A DNA stretch of 64,000 nucleotides from Gammaproteobacteria bacterium. GTDB taxonomy: Bacteria; Pseudomonadota; Gammaproteobacteria; UBA1113. The notes under the pieces are model-generated. The model saw nothing but the letters and a program-made list of their open reading frames with translations, was not told where the DNA came from and did not search any database. A program made the position numbers and the translations under genes. Positions 47,473 through 56,502 of this stretch are shown here, one piece after another. The stretch is from NCBI GenBank assembly GCA_020051155.1, contig JAGVJK010000007.1, positions 3,636 through 67,635 on the forward strand, written 5' to 3'. How positions within the stretch are numbered: the stretch's first letter is position 1; each line of letters begins with the position of its first letter.

Positions 47473-47561
47473 ATGGCATGTTTTTTTTCGAAGTTTGACA
47501 TCCATTTATTTTGTTTTCTGCAGAGGTGTTTCCCCCGTTAGAGATATTTCAGGATACTATC

Positions 47562-49106
47562 ATGCCAACAACCAACATGTCATTCACCAGTCGTAAGACG
47601 TGGTTTGGGGATGCCTTCATTATTTTTGTGGTAGCCAGCATAGTCATGGCGTTGTTTTTGGGATCCCATGCCTTAATCACGCCTGATGAAGCGCGGTATA
47701 CTGAAGTTGCGCGAGAAATGCTGAGCTTCCACAATTACATCACACCCATGGTGAATGGTGTGGTTTTTTTAGATAAACCCATTCTCTTTTATTGGTTGCA
47801 AGCGTTGAGTATGAAATTGTTCGGTGTCAATGAATGGGCCATTCGCTTGTGGCCAGCATTATTTGGTGTGTTTGGCGTACTCGGTGTGTATCTAGCGGGA
47901 CGTAAACTTTATGATCGAACCACGGGTTGGTTATCCGCGTTGGTGCTATTAACGAGCCCTTTGTATTTCGGCGCTGCTCATTATGTCAATATGGATTTGG
48001 AAGTGGCAATTTGGGTGAGTGGGGCTTTGTTTTCTTACTTGATTGCCATGACAACAGCTTCTTATCGACGGCGTTGGTTGATCGTCGCTTATGTATTTGC
48101 AGGGTTAGCGATCTTAACGAAAGGTTTGTTAGGCTTAGCCTTTCCTATGATGATCATTGGTGCCTGGTTGTTGGTGCAAGGCCGCTGGCGTTTGTTACGT
48201 GACATGTCGATTCCCTTAGGCTTTTTGATCATTGCTCTCATAGTATTGCCATGGTTTATCTTGGTGCAGCGCGCAAATCCTGATTTCTTTCATTACTTTT
48301 TTGTGGTGCAACAATTCTCGAGATTTTTAACTCAGCAATTTAATAATGTGATGCCGGTTTGGTTTTATTTGCCAATTATTTTAGTCGGATTGTTGCCTTG
48401 GACGTTGTTTTTACCGCAGGCAGTGATGCAGCAGATTCGGAAAATAAAAGTCGCAGAGGAACGCGGAGTTAGTTTATTTTTATTGTTGTGGCCCTTGCTG
48501 ATTTTTATTTTCTTTTCTATTCCCTCTTCAAAAATTGTAGGTTATATCTTGCCAGTTATACCGCCTTTGGCCTTAGTGATTGGGCATTACCTCGCGCAGC
48601 AATGGCAGCGTGTCGATACCACCGAGTTTTTGACAACCCGGAAAAAAGTATTGAGTTTGGCAGGGCTATCTTTGGTATTATTGGTCAGTGCAACAGCTAT
48701 GATGCCGCGGGTTTCATTACCGTCGATTAAGCCCTTTTTGCCGACAATTACCGCGCAACGAACACCGCAAACAAAAATCGTGTCATACCAGCATTTTTAC
48801 CAAGATGCGCCTTTGTATTTACAGCAGAGAATTATTTTAGTCGCTAATTGGGATGATCCTGCATTACAAAAAGCCGATGATTGGCGACGAGAATTACTAC
48901 CAGGAGTGGAGCAAAATCCTGCTTCTCGTCAATGGATGTGGAATGAAACGCAATTCTGGCAACAATGGCATAGCACAACGCCGTTATTAGTGTTATTACC
49001 GAAAAGCCGTTTATCTGCATTTAAAGAGCGAGCGCAATCAGCCGTTGAAGTATTACAACAAAAGGATCGTATTGTATTGGTATCGAATGTTTTGGGTAAA
49101 AATTAA
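47562..49106 (+). CDS. ArnT-like GT-C glycosyltransferase (PMT_2 family), paralog 1
   Basis: ORF track 47511..49106. ATG at 47562 follows agga. Polytopic. Motifs ITPDEARYTEVAREM and FLDKPILFYW are typical of undecaprenyl-phosphate-sugar-dependent ArnT/PMT enzymes. Confidence 0.8.
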   Translation: MPTTNMSFTSRKTWFGDAFIIFVVASIVMALFLGSHALITPDEARYTEVAREMLSFHNYITPMVNGVVFLDKPILFYWLQALSMKLFGVNEWAIRLWPALFGVFGVLGVYLAGRKLYDRTTGWLSALVLLTSPLYFGAAHYVNMDLEVAIWVSGALFSYLIAMTTASYRRRWLIVAYVFAGLAILTKGLLGLAFPMMIIGAWLLVQGRWRLLRDMSIPLGFLIIALIVLPWFILVQRANPDFFHYFFVVQQFSRFLTQQFNNVMPVWFYLPIILVGLLPWTLFLPQAVMQQIRKIKVAEERGVSLFLLLWPLLIFIFFSIPSSKIVGYILPVIPPLALVIGHYLAQQWQRVDTTEFLTTRKKVLSLAGLSLVLLVSATAMMPRVSLPSIKPFLPTITAQRTPQTKIVSYQHFYQDAPLYLQQRIILVANWDDPALQKADDWRRELLPGVEQNPASRQWMWNETQFWQQWHSTTPLLVLLPKSRLSAFKERAQSAVEVLQQKDRIVLVSNVLGKN

Positions 49107-50065
49107 AATCCAATTTTCTTCGATATGATATAGAGCGGGCGCTGTTTTACTTCATTAAAAATACGACCAATGTATTCACCTAAGATCCCAATGGACAGTA
49201 ATTGAATGCCGCCTAAGAACATAATGGCGACAATCAACGTAGCGAAGCCTGGGGTTTTCGCACCAAAAAATAAAGTTTCACCAATGATGCAAAGTGCATA
49301 AATAAAAGAGATGAGAGAAATTGCAAAACCAATGACGCCCCAGAATCGCAATGGGATTTCAGAAAAAGAAGTAATCCCGGTAATGGCTAGCTCCACTAAC
49401 CGGATAAAACTCCAGGAGCTTTGCCCCGCGGCGCGCTCTTGTACATCAAAGGGAACCGCCATACTAGAGTATCCAACCCATGCATAAAGACCTTTCATAA
49501 AACGACTGCGTTCATCGATTTGATTCAGAGAGTCTACGACACAGCGATCGAGTAAACGAAAGTCACCGGCATTCGGTGGAATGCTAACATTGGTGATTCG
49601 TTCCATCAGCCGATAGAAAAAGCGAGCAAAGCTGCGTTTAATGCGAGATTCATCGCCGCGACTTTTGCGCACGCCATAAACCATGTCATAACCCTCAGCC
49701 CAATGTTTTAAAAATTGAGGAATCACCTCCATTGGATGTTGAAAATCACCATCAATTAACACAACTACTTCACCGCTCGCATGTTGCAAACCCGCAGATA
49801 ATGCAATTTCTTTGCCGAAATTACGAGAAAAACGTAATAGCTTTACGGGATAAGTGTCAGTGAAGGAGAGGACAGCTTGATAAGTTTGATCCTTGCTAGC
49901 ATCATCCACCACAATGATTTCATATTGCTGACTGAGCTGCTGCGCTTGTGCATTGAGTGCTTTAAGAAACGCAGCAATCACCGGCTCCTCATTATAAGCA
50001 GGGACAATGTAGGAAATAAAAACTTGCTTATTTTCTAATCGCTTTAATCGGCCAGTTAAGGGCAT
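49103..50065 (-). CDS. GT2 polyprenyl-phosphate glycosyltransferase (ArnC/GtrB/FlmF2-like)
   Basis: ORF track, 320 aa. IVPAYNEE, IIVVDDASKD, LIDGDFQHP. Two C-terminal TM helices. Confidence 0.8.
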   Translation of the reverse strand: MPLTGRLKRLENKQVFISYIVPAYNEEPVIAAFLKALNAQAQQLSQQYEIIVVDDASKDQTYQAVLSFTDTYPVKLLRFSRNFGKEIALSAGLQHASGEVVVLIDGDFQHPMEVIPQFLKHWAEGYDMVYGVRKSRGDESRIKRSFARFFYRLMERITNVSIPPNAGDFRLLDRCVVDSLNQIDERSRFMKGLYAWVGYSSMAVPFDVQERAAGQSSWSFIRLVELAITGITSFSEIPLRFWGVIGFAISLISFIYALCIIGETLFFGAKTPGFATLIVAIMFLGGIQLLSIGILGEYIGRIFNEVKQRPLYIISKKIGF

Positions 50066-50099
50066 TGTTCAATTCTCGCATCAGTGATGAATGAACTCA

Positions 50100-51413
50100 T
50101 CATAATGAGCGAAGGTTTCTGTCGTCAAGTAAAAATCGCCATAAAGGTATTACTTCGATACCTTCGACGGAGAAGGGTGCTTTGTCCACTGGCAGATCAC
50201 GGCTCACGATTAAGCAGCGTGCCTCGGGAAACCATCGTTTTGCTACGGCTAATCCTTTAATTTCTCGTTGTTGAACTCGAGGATCGTTAAGACCATCTGC
50301 GGTGACTTGAATTAAATAACGAGTTTGATTTTTTTCACGAACTAAAAAATCTACCTCGACTTCTTTGCGCCAGTAATAAATATCTAAAGAGGCATTTGCA
50401 AGTAGTTTCAAATACACCAATGACTCCATAGCATGCCCCAGATCTTCAGAAGCGCTAATCGCTGTAATAGCTCTGAGCCCTGGATCAATGGCATGAATTT
50501 TTTGTGGGTTGCGCACACGCTCTGCACTTTTTAAACTGAAATGCGATAAGAGAGCGATCAAGAAACTTTCTTCCAAGTAGCCACAAATATTGCCTGCTAA
50601 TTCAGTGGAGATCCCAAAAATAGTGCCAATACGAGTTGCCGATAATAAAGAAGCAGAGTGCGTTAATAAATGAACGGCAATTTGTCTTAGCTGGACTAAA
50701 TCACGAATCGTATGCCGCAAAGCGACATCTCGATACAAAATATCTTCAAAGTACTGAGTTAAGATCTGTTCGCGCTTTTCATCGGAGCTAGCCATGACAA
50801 CAGCTGGGAAACCACCCCAACGCAAATAATTTAACAGTTCGTACTCGATAGCAGCTGGGGCTGTACTTAATGTTAAATCTTTTGGTAGCTCAATCTGCTT
50901 GAATCTTAATTGTTCCTCAAAGCTTAGCGGATAGACGTAGAATCTTAAGTGGCGCCCGGTGAGCAATGTTCCTAGCTCTCGTGACATTAGCTTGCCAGAG
51001 GAGCCAGTGATAAAAATTTTAATTTCCTCTGTTTCATTACGGGCTCGAACCCACTGCTCCCAATCTGGAATATTTTGGATTTCGTCAAAAAATAAATAAG
51101 CTAAACCCGTGGGAAAAATCTCAGTTCGATATGTTTTGTAAAGCTCATCCAGAGTGGCGATTGTTAAATAGGGTGCAAGGGAGGGTTCCTCAAAGTTGAT
51201 GTGCAGTATGGCACGAGGATCTACAGAATGAGTTTCAAGATGATCAATCACTTGGTATAAAAGCGTGGTTTTGCCGGCGCGCCGTGGACCAATTAGTGTG
51301 ATGATTTCTGGGCCTTCTAAGCAAGATAAAAGGGGTTTTAACAATGTTCGCTCGAAGCCTGCTGAAAGTTTAGCGTGGCCCCAACGATTCCAGCGTTCAA
51401 GAATTTCTAACAT
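50100..51413 (-). CDS. AAA+ ATPase of the COG1373 type (AAA_14 + DUF4143)
   Basis: ORF track, 437 aa. Walker A GPRRAGKTT, Walker B LFFDEIQ. C-terminal YYWRKEVEVDFLV segment resembles a PD-(D/E)xK-like motif. 34 nt upstream of, and co-oriented with, the GT2 gene. Confidence 0.8.
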   Translation of the reverse strand: MLEILERWNRWGHAKLSAGFERTLLKPLLSCLEGPEIITLIGPRRAGKTTLLYQVIDHLETHSVDPRAILHINFEEPSLAPYLTIATLDELYKTYRTEIFPTGLAYLFFDEIQNIPDWEQWVRARNETEEIKIFITGSSGKLMSRELGTLLTGRHLRFYVYPLSFEEQLRFKQIELPKDLTLSTAPAAIEYELLNYLRWGGFPAVVMASSDEKREQILTQYFEDILYRDVALRHTIRDLVQLRQIAVHLLTHSASLLSATRIGTIFGISTELAGNICGYLEESFLIALLSHFSLKSAERVRNPQKIHAIDPGLRAITAISASEDLGHAMESLVYLKLLANASLDIYYWRKEVEVDFLVREKNQTRYLIQVTADGLNDPRVQQREIKGLAVAKRWFPEARCLIVSRDLPVDKAPFSVEGIEVIPLWRFLLDDRNLRSL

Positions 51414-51423
51414 GAGATAACCT

Positions 51424-51555
51424 ATTTGTCAGGTGAAACTGATGAAACTATAGCATATTCATCAGGTGTAGTCGATGAATAATAGGTATATTCATAAGGT
51501 GTAGTCGATGAATATGCATGATATTTATCAGGTGCACCTGATGAATAGTCAAAAA
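51424..51555. repeat. four tandem 33-bp repeats, each carrying a 24-bp imperfect palindrome
   Basis: Units start at 51424, 51457, 51490 and 51523: atttgtcaggtgaaactgatgaaa / attcatcaggtgtagtcgatgaat / attcataaggtgtagtcgatgaat / atttatcaggtgcacctgatgaat. Exact 33-bp phasing. The first unit is 11 nt from the ATPase ATG. Confidence 0.85.
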
Positions 51556-51663
51556 ATCAATTTTTGATAGATTTTTTTCCAGATAAATCAGTGAGATTTG
51601 CTAGTTTAAGCTGTTAACGCCTTATGGTAAGCTGGCAGCATTTTTCTGGGAGAGTGCGGTTTC

Positions 51664-53385
51664 ATGCAACAAGGATTTGGAAAACAGGGATTTTTAGACC
51701 TAACAGCATTATTCATCGGCATTTTCATCTTTTATTTTTTGTTTTTGGGTGCACATCCCTTGTTAACACCTGATGAGGCCGGGTATACGGAAGTAAGCCG
51801 CGGGATGTTGGTGAACCACAGTTTTTGGATTCCACTGCTAAATGGCATTCCGTTTTTTGATAAGCCCCCTTTATTTTACTGGTTGCAAATGAGTGCCATG
51901 TCCGTTTTCGGTGTTTCAGAGTGGGCAGCACGTTGTCCCACGGCATTCTTGGGGACGGTGACTTGCTTGTGGCTGTATGGCGTGGGCCGAGTTTTGTTTG
52001 ACCGGTTAACCGGACTTTTATCAGCAATTGTTCTGGCCACCTCATTGTTTTATTTTCTCATGTCTCATTATGCTAATTTAGATTTATCCGTTGCGGCGTT
52101 TATTACGGCTAGTTTGTCTTGCTTTATTATTGCGATGCAATTTCCAAAGGGTAGAAAAGCAACAACACTGTTGTTATTGGCTTACTTTTTTTCAGGATTA
52201 GCGGTGCTTACCAAGGGATTAATAGGCATCGTTTTTCCTGCAATGATTGTGGGTGTTTGGCTCTTATTAACCCATCAATGGTTTTTGTGGCGTCGCTTGC
52301 ATTTAGGGTGGGGCCTATTGATTGTATTGTTGATCAATGGGCCTTGGTTATTCTTAGTGCAAAAACGGCATCCAGAGTTTTGGCATTATTATTTTTATAT
52401 CCAGCAATACAGCCGTTTTCTCGGTCATCAATTTAATAGCAAGCAGCCGATTTGGTTTTATGGTCCAGTGATTTTAGGGGGGATGTTGCCTTGGACATTG
52501 TTTTTGGGGCAAGCCATGATTCAACGCGTGAGGAGGATGGGGCTGCGCTTTAAAGAGCATGGGAATGATTTATTTTTGTTACTGTGGCCGTTATTAATCT
52601 TGATCTTTTTTTCCATTCCCGCGTCTAAAACTCTGGGTTATATTTTGCCAGCACTTCCACCGTTAGCAGTGTTAGTGGCTTGTTATCTGCGACAACATTG
52701 GTTTGATCCAGCACCATCCTCTTGGCTATTTACCTTTGTAGGAGTGCTTAGTTGTTTATTGGCAGTTGCTTTACTAGTATTTATTCAATCATTGAATCCT
52801 AAGATTCACATAACAGCCTATATCCTCTGCAGTGTTTTTATATTTCTAGGGGTTGCTCTTTGTTGGCGCTGGCGTTTAGCTTTTCGTCATGGGTGCATGT
52901 TACTGATAGCGGGTTTTGTTTTAATCATGAGCCTGTTCATGATGGATATTCGCTGGTTGCCTATTTCCAGTGCTGTACCCCTATTGCCTACATTGAAAGC
53001 TTATGAAGCCGTAGGGGTAACGGTGGTGGATTATAATCGCTATGATCGAGATTTACCTTTTTACTTAGGACATCCCACCGTTATTGTAGGAGAGTGGGAT
53101 CGAGCGGAATTGCTTGAAAGAGATAGCTGGCAGGGGGTTTTTGCTTATGCGAATCAGTATCAACGCTACCCACGACTTTGGATTTTTACGCAATTTTTTC
53201 GAGAGTTTAATAGCCAGCGGCCCCTGATCGTGGTTCTCAACAAGCGGTTTTTACCCGTTTTTCAGACCCAGAACCTGGCGCATGGACAGATTGTCCAGAT
53301 TTTTAAGGAAAAGGTTCTTCTCGTGAATCCAGCTGCTTACTTAAAATTTCGCCAGAATCTTGCGCTGCCGCCCATTTCACCGTAA
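51664..53385 (+). CDS. ArnT-like GT-C glycosyltransferase (PMT_2 family), paralog 2
   Basis: ORF track, 573 aa. LTPDEAGYTEVSRGM, FFDKPPLFYW. Clearly paralogous to 47562..49106 along its whole length (e.g. LFLLLWPLLI.IFFSIP.SK..GYILP). Confidence 0.8.
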   Translation: MQQGFGKQGFLDLTALFIGIFIFYFLFLGAHPLLTPDEAGYTEVSRGMLVNHSFWIPLLNGIPFFDKPPLFYWLQMSAMSVFGVSEWAARCPTAFLGTVTCLWLYGVGRVLFDRLTGLLSAIVLATSLFYFLMSHYANLDLSVAAFITASLSCFIIAMQFPKGRKATTLLLLAYFFSGLAVLTKGLIGIVFPAMIVGVWLLLTHQWFLWRRLHLGWGLLIVLLINGPWLFLVQKRHPEFWHYYFYIQQYSRFLGHQFNSKQPIWFYGPVILGGMLPWTLFLGQAMIQRVRRMGLRFKEHGNDLFLLLWPLLILIFFSIPASKTLGYILPALPPLAVLVACYLRQHWFDPAPSSWLFTFVGVLSCLLAVALLVFIQSLNPKIHITAYILCSVFIFLGVALCWRWRLAFRHGCMLLIAGFVLIMSLFMMDIRWLPISSAVPLLPTLKAYEAVGVTVVDYNRYDRDLPFYLGHPTVIVGEWDRAELLERDSWQGVFAYANQYQRYPRLWIFTQFFREFNSQRPLIVVLNKRFLPVFQTQNLAHGQIVQIFKEKVLLVNPAAYLKFRQNLALPPISP

Positions 53386-53430
53386 TATCTCCAGCTTTTG
53401 AGATATCTCCATTCACAGGTGAACTGAACC

Positions 53431-55206
53431 ATGCGTAGTCATTATTGCGGACAAGTTAATGAGTCTTTTCTTGAACAGACAGTAACCCTCAACGGTTGGG
53501 TGGATCGTCGTCGCGATCATGGCGGTGTAATTTTTGTCGATTTAAGAGATCGCGAAGGGATTGTGCAGGTGGTATTTCAGCCAGCACAAGAAGCGCTATT
53601 TAAACAGGCCGAGCAGTTACGCAATGAATTCGTGATTACCATCACCGGGCAAGTTCGTTTTCGTCCTGAGGGGATGGTTAATACTAAAATTAATAGCGGC
53701 AAGATTGAGGTGGTAGTTAGCTCCTTAGACATCCTTAATCGCTCGGAGCCTTTACCATTTTCCGTTAATGAATACAGCAATGTGAATGAAGAAACACGAT
53801 TAAAATATCGTTACCTTGATTTACGTCGTCCAGAAATGTATGCCAAGTTTCAACTCCGGGCTCAAGTGGTCCAAGCGATTCGTCATTATTTTGATGAGCG
53901 TGGTTTTTTAGATATTGAAACGCCGATTCTGACAAAGCCCACACCGGAGGGCGCGCGCGATTATTTAGTACCAAGCCGTACTCACGAAGGACATTTTTTT
54001 GCATTGCCACAATCACCACAATTGTTTAAACAATTGTTGATGATGTCGGGCATGGATCGTTATTATCAAATTGTGCGTTGTTTTCGCGATGAAGATTTGC
54101 GCGCGGATCGACAACCAGAATTTACTCAGATCGACGTTGAAACCAGCTTCCTTCAGGAGCATGACATTCAGGATTTAATGGAAGAGTTGGTGCGTGATTT
54201 GTTTGCTCAATTTATTGATGTGCAATTGCCAGCAGTGTTTCAAAAATTAACGTATGCAGAGGCAATTTCCAAATACGGTATTGACCGACCTGACTTACGA
54301 ATTCCCTTAGAGTTAGTGGATATCGCAGATTTGGTCAGTGATGTTGAATTTCGAGTTTTCTCTGAGCCGGCTAAAGATAACAAAGGTCGCGTTATTGCTT
54401 TGCGGTTACCCAATGGTTGCAACCTTTTATCGCGTAAAGAAATTGATGATTATGCAAGTTTTGTTGCACTCTATGGCGCAAAAGGTCTAGCGTACATCAA
54501 AGTAAATGATTTAGCGGCGGGGATGGAAGGGCTGCAATCGCCCATTCTAAAGTTTTTCCCCGAAGCAGTGATTAAAGCAATTCTACAACGAGTGAATGCA
54601 CAAACCGGTGATATGGTATTCTTTGGCGCAGACAAAGCTAAAATTGTGAATGAATCCATGGCAGCTCTACGAGTGAAGATGGGGCAAGATTTGAATTTGT
54701 ATACCCAGGATTGGGCGGTGTGTTGGGTAATTGATTTCCCCATGTTTGAGCAAGATGATTCGGGTCATTATCATTCCTTACATCATCCTTTTACCGCGCC
54801 CAAGTGTGACGATGTTGCAACCTTGAAGCAAGATCCAGTGCAGCAATTAGCAAAAGCCTATGATATGGTGCTGAATGGTATTGAATTAGGCGGCGGCTCT
54901 ATTCGTATCAATCAGACACTGATGCAACAAGCGGTCTTTGATATTTTAGGTATCAGTGAAGAGGAAGCTTCCATGAAATTTGGCTTTTTATTAGAGGCCT
55001 TAAAATATGGATGCCCACCCCACGGTGGTATTGCTTTCGGGTTGGATCGATTAGTCATGATGATGACGGGTTCGCAATCCATTCGTGATGTGATTGCTTT
55101 TCCAAAAACACAATCAGCCAGTTGTCCTTTAACACAAGCACCTTCTCTGGTGAATGACGGGCAATTGCGAGAGTTATATATTCAATCGATGAAAAAGACG
55201 AAGTAG
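53431..55206 (+). CDS. aspS: aspartate--tRNA ligase
   Basis: ORF track, 591 aa. [10 protein letters not shown]...[17 protein letters not shown], class II motifs [16 protein letters not shown] and GGIAFGLDR. Confidence 0.95.
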   Translation: MRSHYCGQVNESFLEQTVTLNGWVDRRRDHGGVIFVDLRDREGIVQVVFQPAQEALFKQAEQLRNEFVITITGQVRFRPEGMVNTKINSGKIEVVVSSLDILNRSEPLPFSVNEYSNVNEETRLKYRYLDLRRPEMYAKFQLRAQVVQAIRHYFDERGFLDIETPILTKPTPEGARDYLVPSRTHEGHFFALPQSPQLFKQLLMMSGMDRYYQIVRCFRDEDLRADRQPEFTQIDVETSFLQEHDIQDLMEELVRDLFAQFIDVQLPAVFQKLTYAEAISKYGIDRPDLRIPLELVDIADLVSDVEFRVFSEPAKDNKGRVIALRLPNGCNLLSRKEIDDYASFVALYGAKGLAYIKVNDLAAGMEGLQSPILKFFPEAVIKAILQRVNAQTGDMVFFGADKAKIVNESMAALRVKMGQDLNLYTQDWAVCWVIDFPMFEQDDSGHYHSLHHPFTAPKCDDVATLKQDPVQQLAKAYDMVLNGIELGGGSIRINQTLMQQAVFDILGISEEEASMKFGFLLEALKYGCPPHGGIAFGLDRLVMMMTGSQSIRDVIAFPKTQSASCPLTQAPSLVNDGQLRELYIQSMKKTK

Positions 55207-55217
55207 TAGGAGGAACC

Positions 55218-55967
55218 ATGGCGGGACATAGTAAATGGGCTAATATCAAACATCAAAAAGCCAAAGAAGATGCGAAACGCGGTAAGTTATTTACTAAATT
55301 AATTCGAGAAATTACGGTAGCTGCAAAGGGCGGTGCTGATCCCGATGCTAATCCACGATTGCGTGCAGCGGTGGATAATGCGTTGAATGGTAATATGACG
55401 AAGGATACGATCCAACGTGCGATCAAACGCGGTGCGGGTGATCTGGAAGGCGCAGCTATGATGGAAGAAATTACCTATGAAGGTTACGGTTGTGCGGGCG
55501 TTGCTGTCATGGTGGAATCCATGACGGATAATCGTAATCGTACCGCAGCAGAAGTACGTCATGCTTTTTCTAAGCATGGTGGTAATTTAGGAACGGATGG
55601 TTCCGTTAATTATTTATTTAAAAAAACGGGTGTTTTAACCTATCCTGCGGGTTGTAGTGAAGATCGCATTATGGAAGCAGCCTTAGACGCTGGCGCACAG
55701 GATGTGGTGACGAATGAAGATGGTTCGGTTGATGTGTTGACTGCACCGGAAGAATTTATGATCGTAAAAGATGCGATGGTGAAAGCAGGACTTGCACCAG
55801 AGTCTGCAGAAGTAACGATGCTGGCGACGACCTATGTGAAACTCGATCGCGAACAAGCGGAAAGCGTGATGAAATTGATCGACCGTTTGGAAGAGTTGGA
55901 CGATACGCAAGAAGTGTATAGCAACGCAGATATCTCAGATGACATTTTTGATGAGTTGATGAAGTAG
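55218..55967 (+). CDS. yebC: YebC/PmpR-family transcriptional regulator
   Basis: ORF track, 249 aa. [24 protein letters not shown]. Confidence 0.95.
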   Translation: MAGHSKWANIKHQKAKEDAKRGKLFTKLIREITVAAKGGADPDANPRLRAAVDNALNGNMTKDTIQRAIKRGAGDLEGAAMMEEITYEGYGCAGVAVMVESMTDNRNRTAAEVRHAFSKHGGNLGTDGSVNYLFKKTGVLTYPAGCSEDRIMEAALDAGAQDVVTNEDGSVDVLTAPEEFMIVKDAMVKAGLAPESAEVTMLATTYVKLDREQAESVMKLIDRLEELDDTQEVYSNADISDDIFDELMK

Positions 55968-55992
55968 GGTAATATCGTAAACAAGGAGTGTT

Positions 55993-56502
55993 ATGACCAT
56001 TATCGTGGGCATTGATCCCGGCTCGACTATCACCGGTTATGGTGTGATTCGTGTAGAAGGAAATCGACAGCAGTATATCGCTAGTGGTTGTATTCGCATG
56101 AAAGAAGAAGCTATCGGCCAACGTTTAGCAGAAATTCATAACGGCCTACGTCAAGTGATGGAGCTCTATCAACCACAGGAAGCGGCCATCGAGCAAGTCT
56201 TCATGCATCAAAATCCAGGTAGTGCGATAAAACTAGGTCAAGCTCGAGGGGTTGCCATTGTCGCTGTAAGCTTGAGCGATATTTCTGTAGCCGAATATTC
56301 CGCACGTCAAATTAAACAAGCGGTGGTGGGCTATGGTGCTGCAGGAAAAGAGCAAGTGCAACACATGGTAAAAACCTTATTAAATCTTTCTGGCACACCA
56401 CAAGCTGACGCGGCAGATGCATTGGCTGTCGCTCTGTGTCACGCTTACACACGACAAACCATGAATAAAATACGCAACCAACAACAAAAGGAATCCACAT
56501 GA
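55993..56502 (+). CDS. ruvC: crossover junction endodeoxyribonuclease RuvC
   Basis: ORF track, 169 aa. IVGIDPGS..TGYGVI, DAADALA.A.CH. Confidence 0.95.
   Translation: MTIIVGIDPGSTITGYGVIRVEGNRQQYIASGCIRMKEEAIGQRLAEIHNGLRQVMELYQPQEAAIEQVFMHQNPGSAIKLGQARGVAIVAVSLSDISVAEYSARQIKQAVVGYGAAGKEQVQHMVKTLLNLSGTPQADAADALAVALCHAYTRQTMNKIRNQQQKEST

Noticed and set aside
51424-51555. Could the 4 regularly spaced repeats be a mini CRISPR array?
   Set aside because: The repeats are 24 bp with only 9-bp spacers. The units are divergent rather than identical. There are no cas genes or leader, and the array abuts a start codon. Operator, iteron or leader-hairpin readings fit better.
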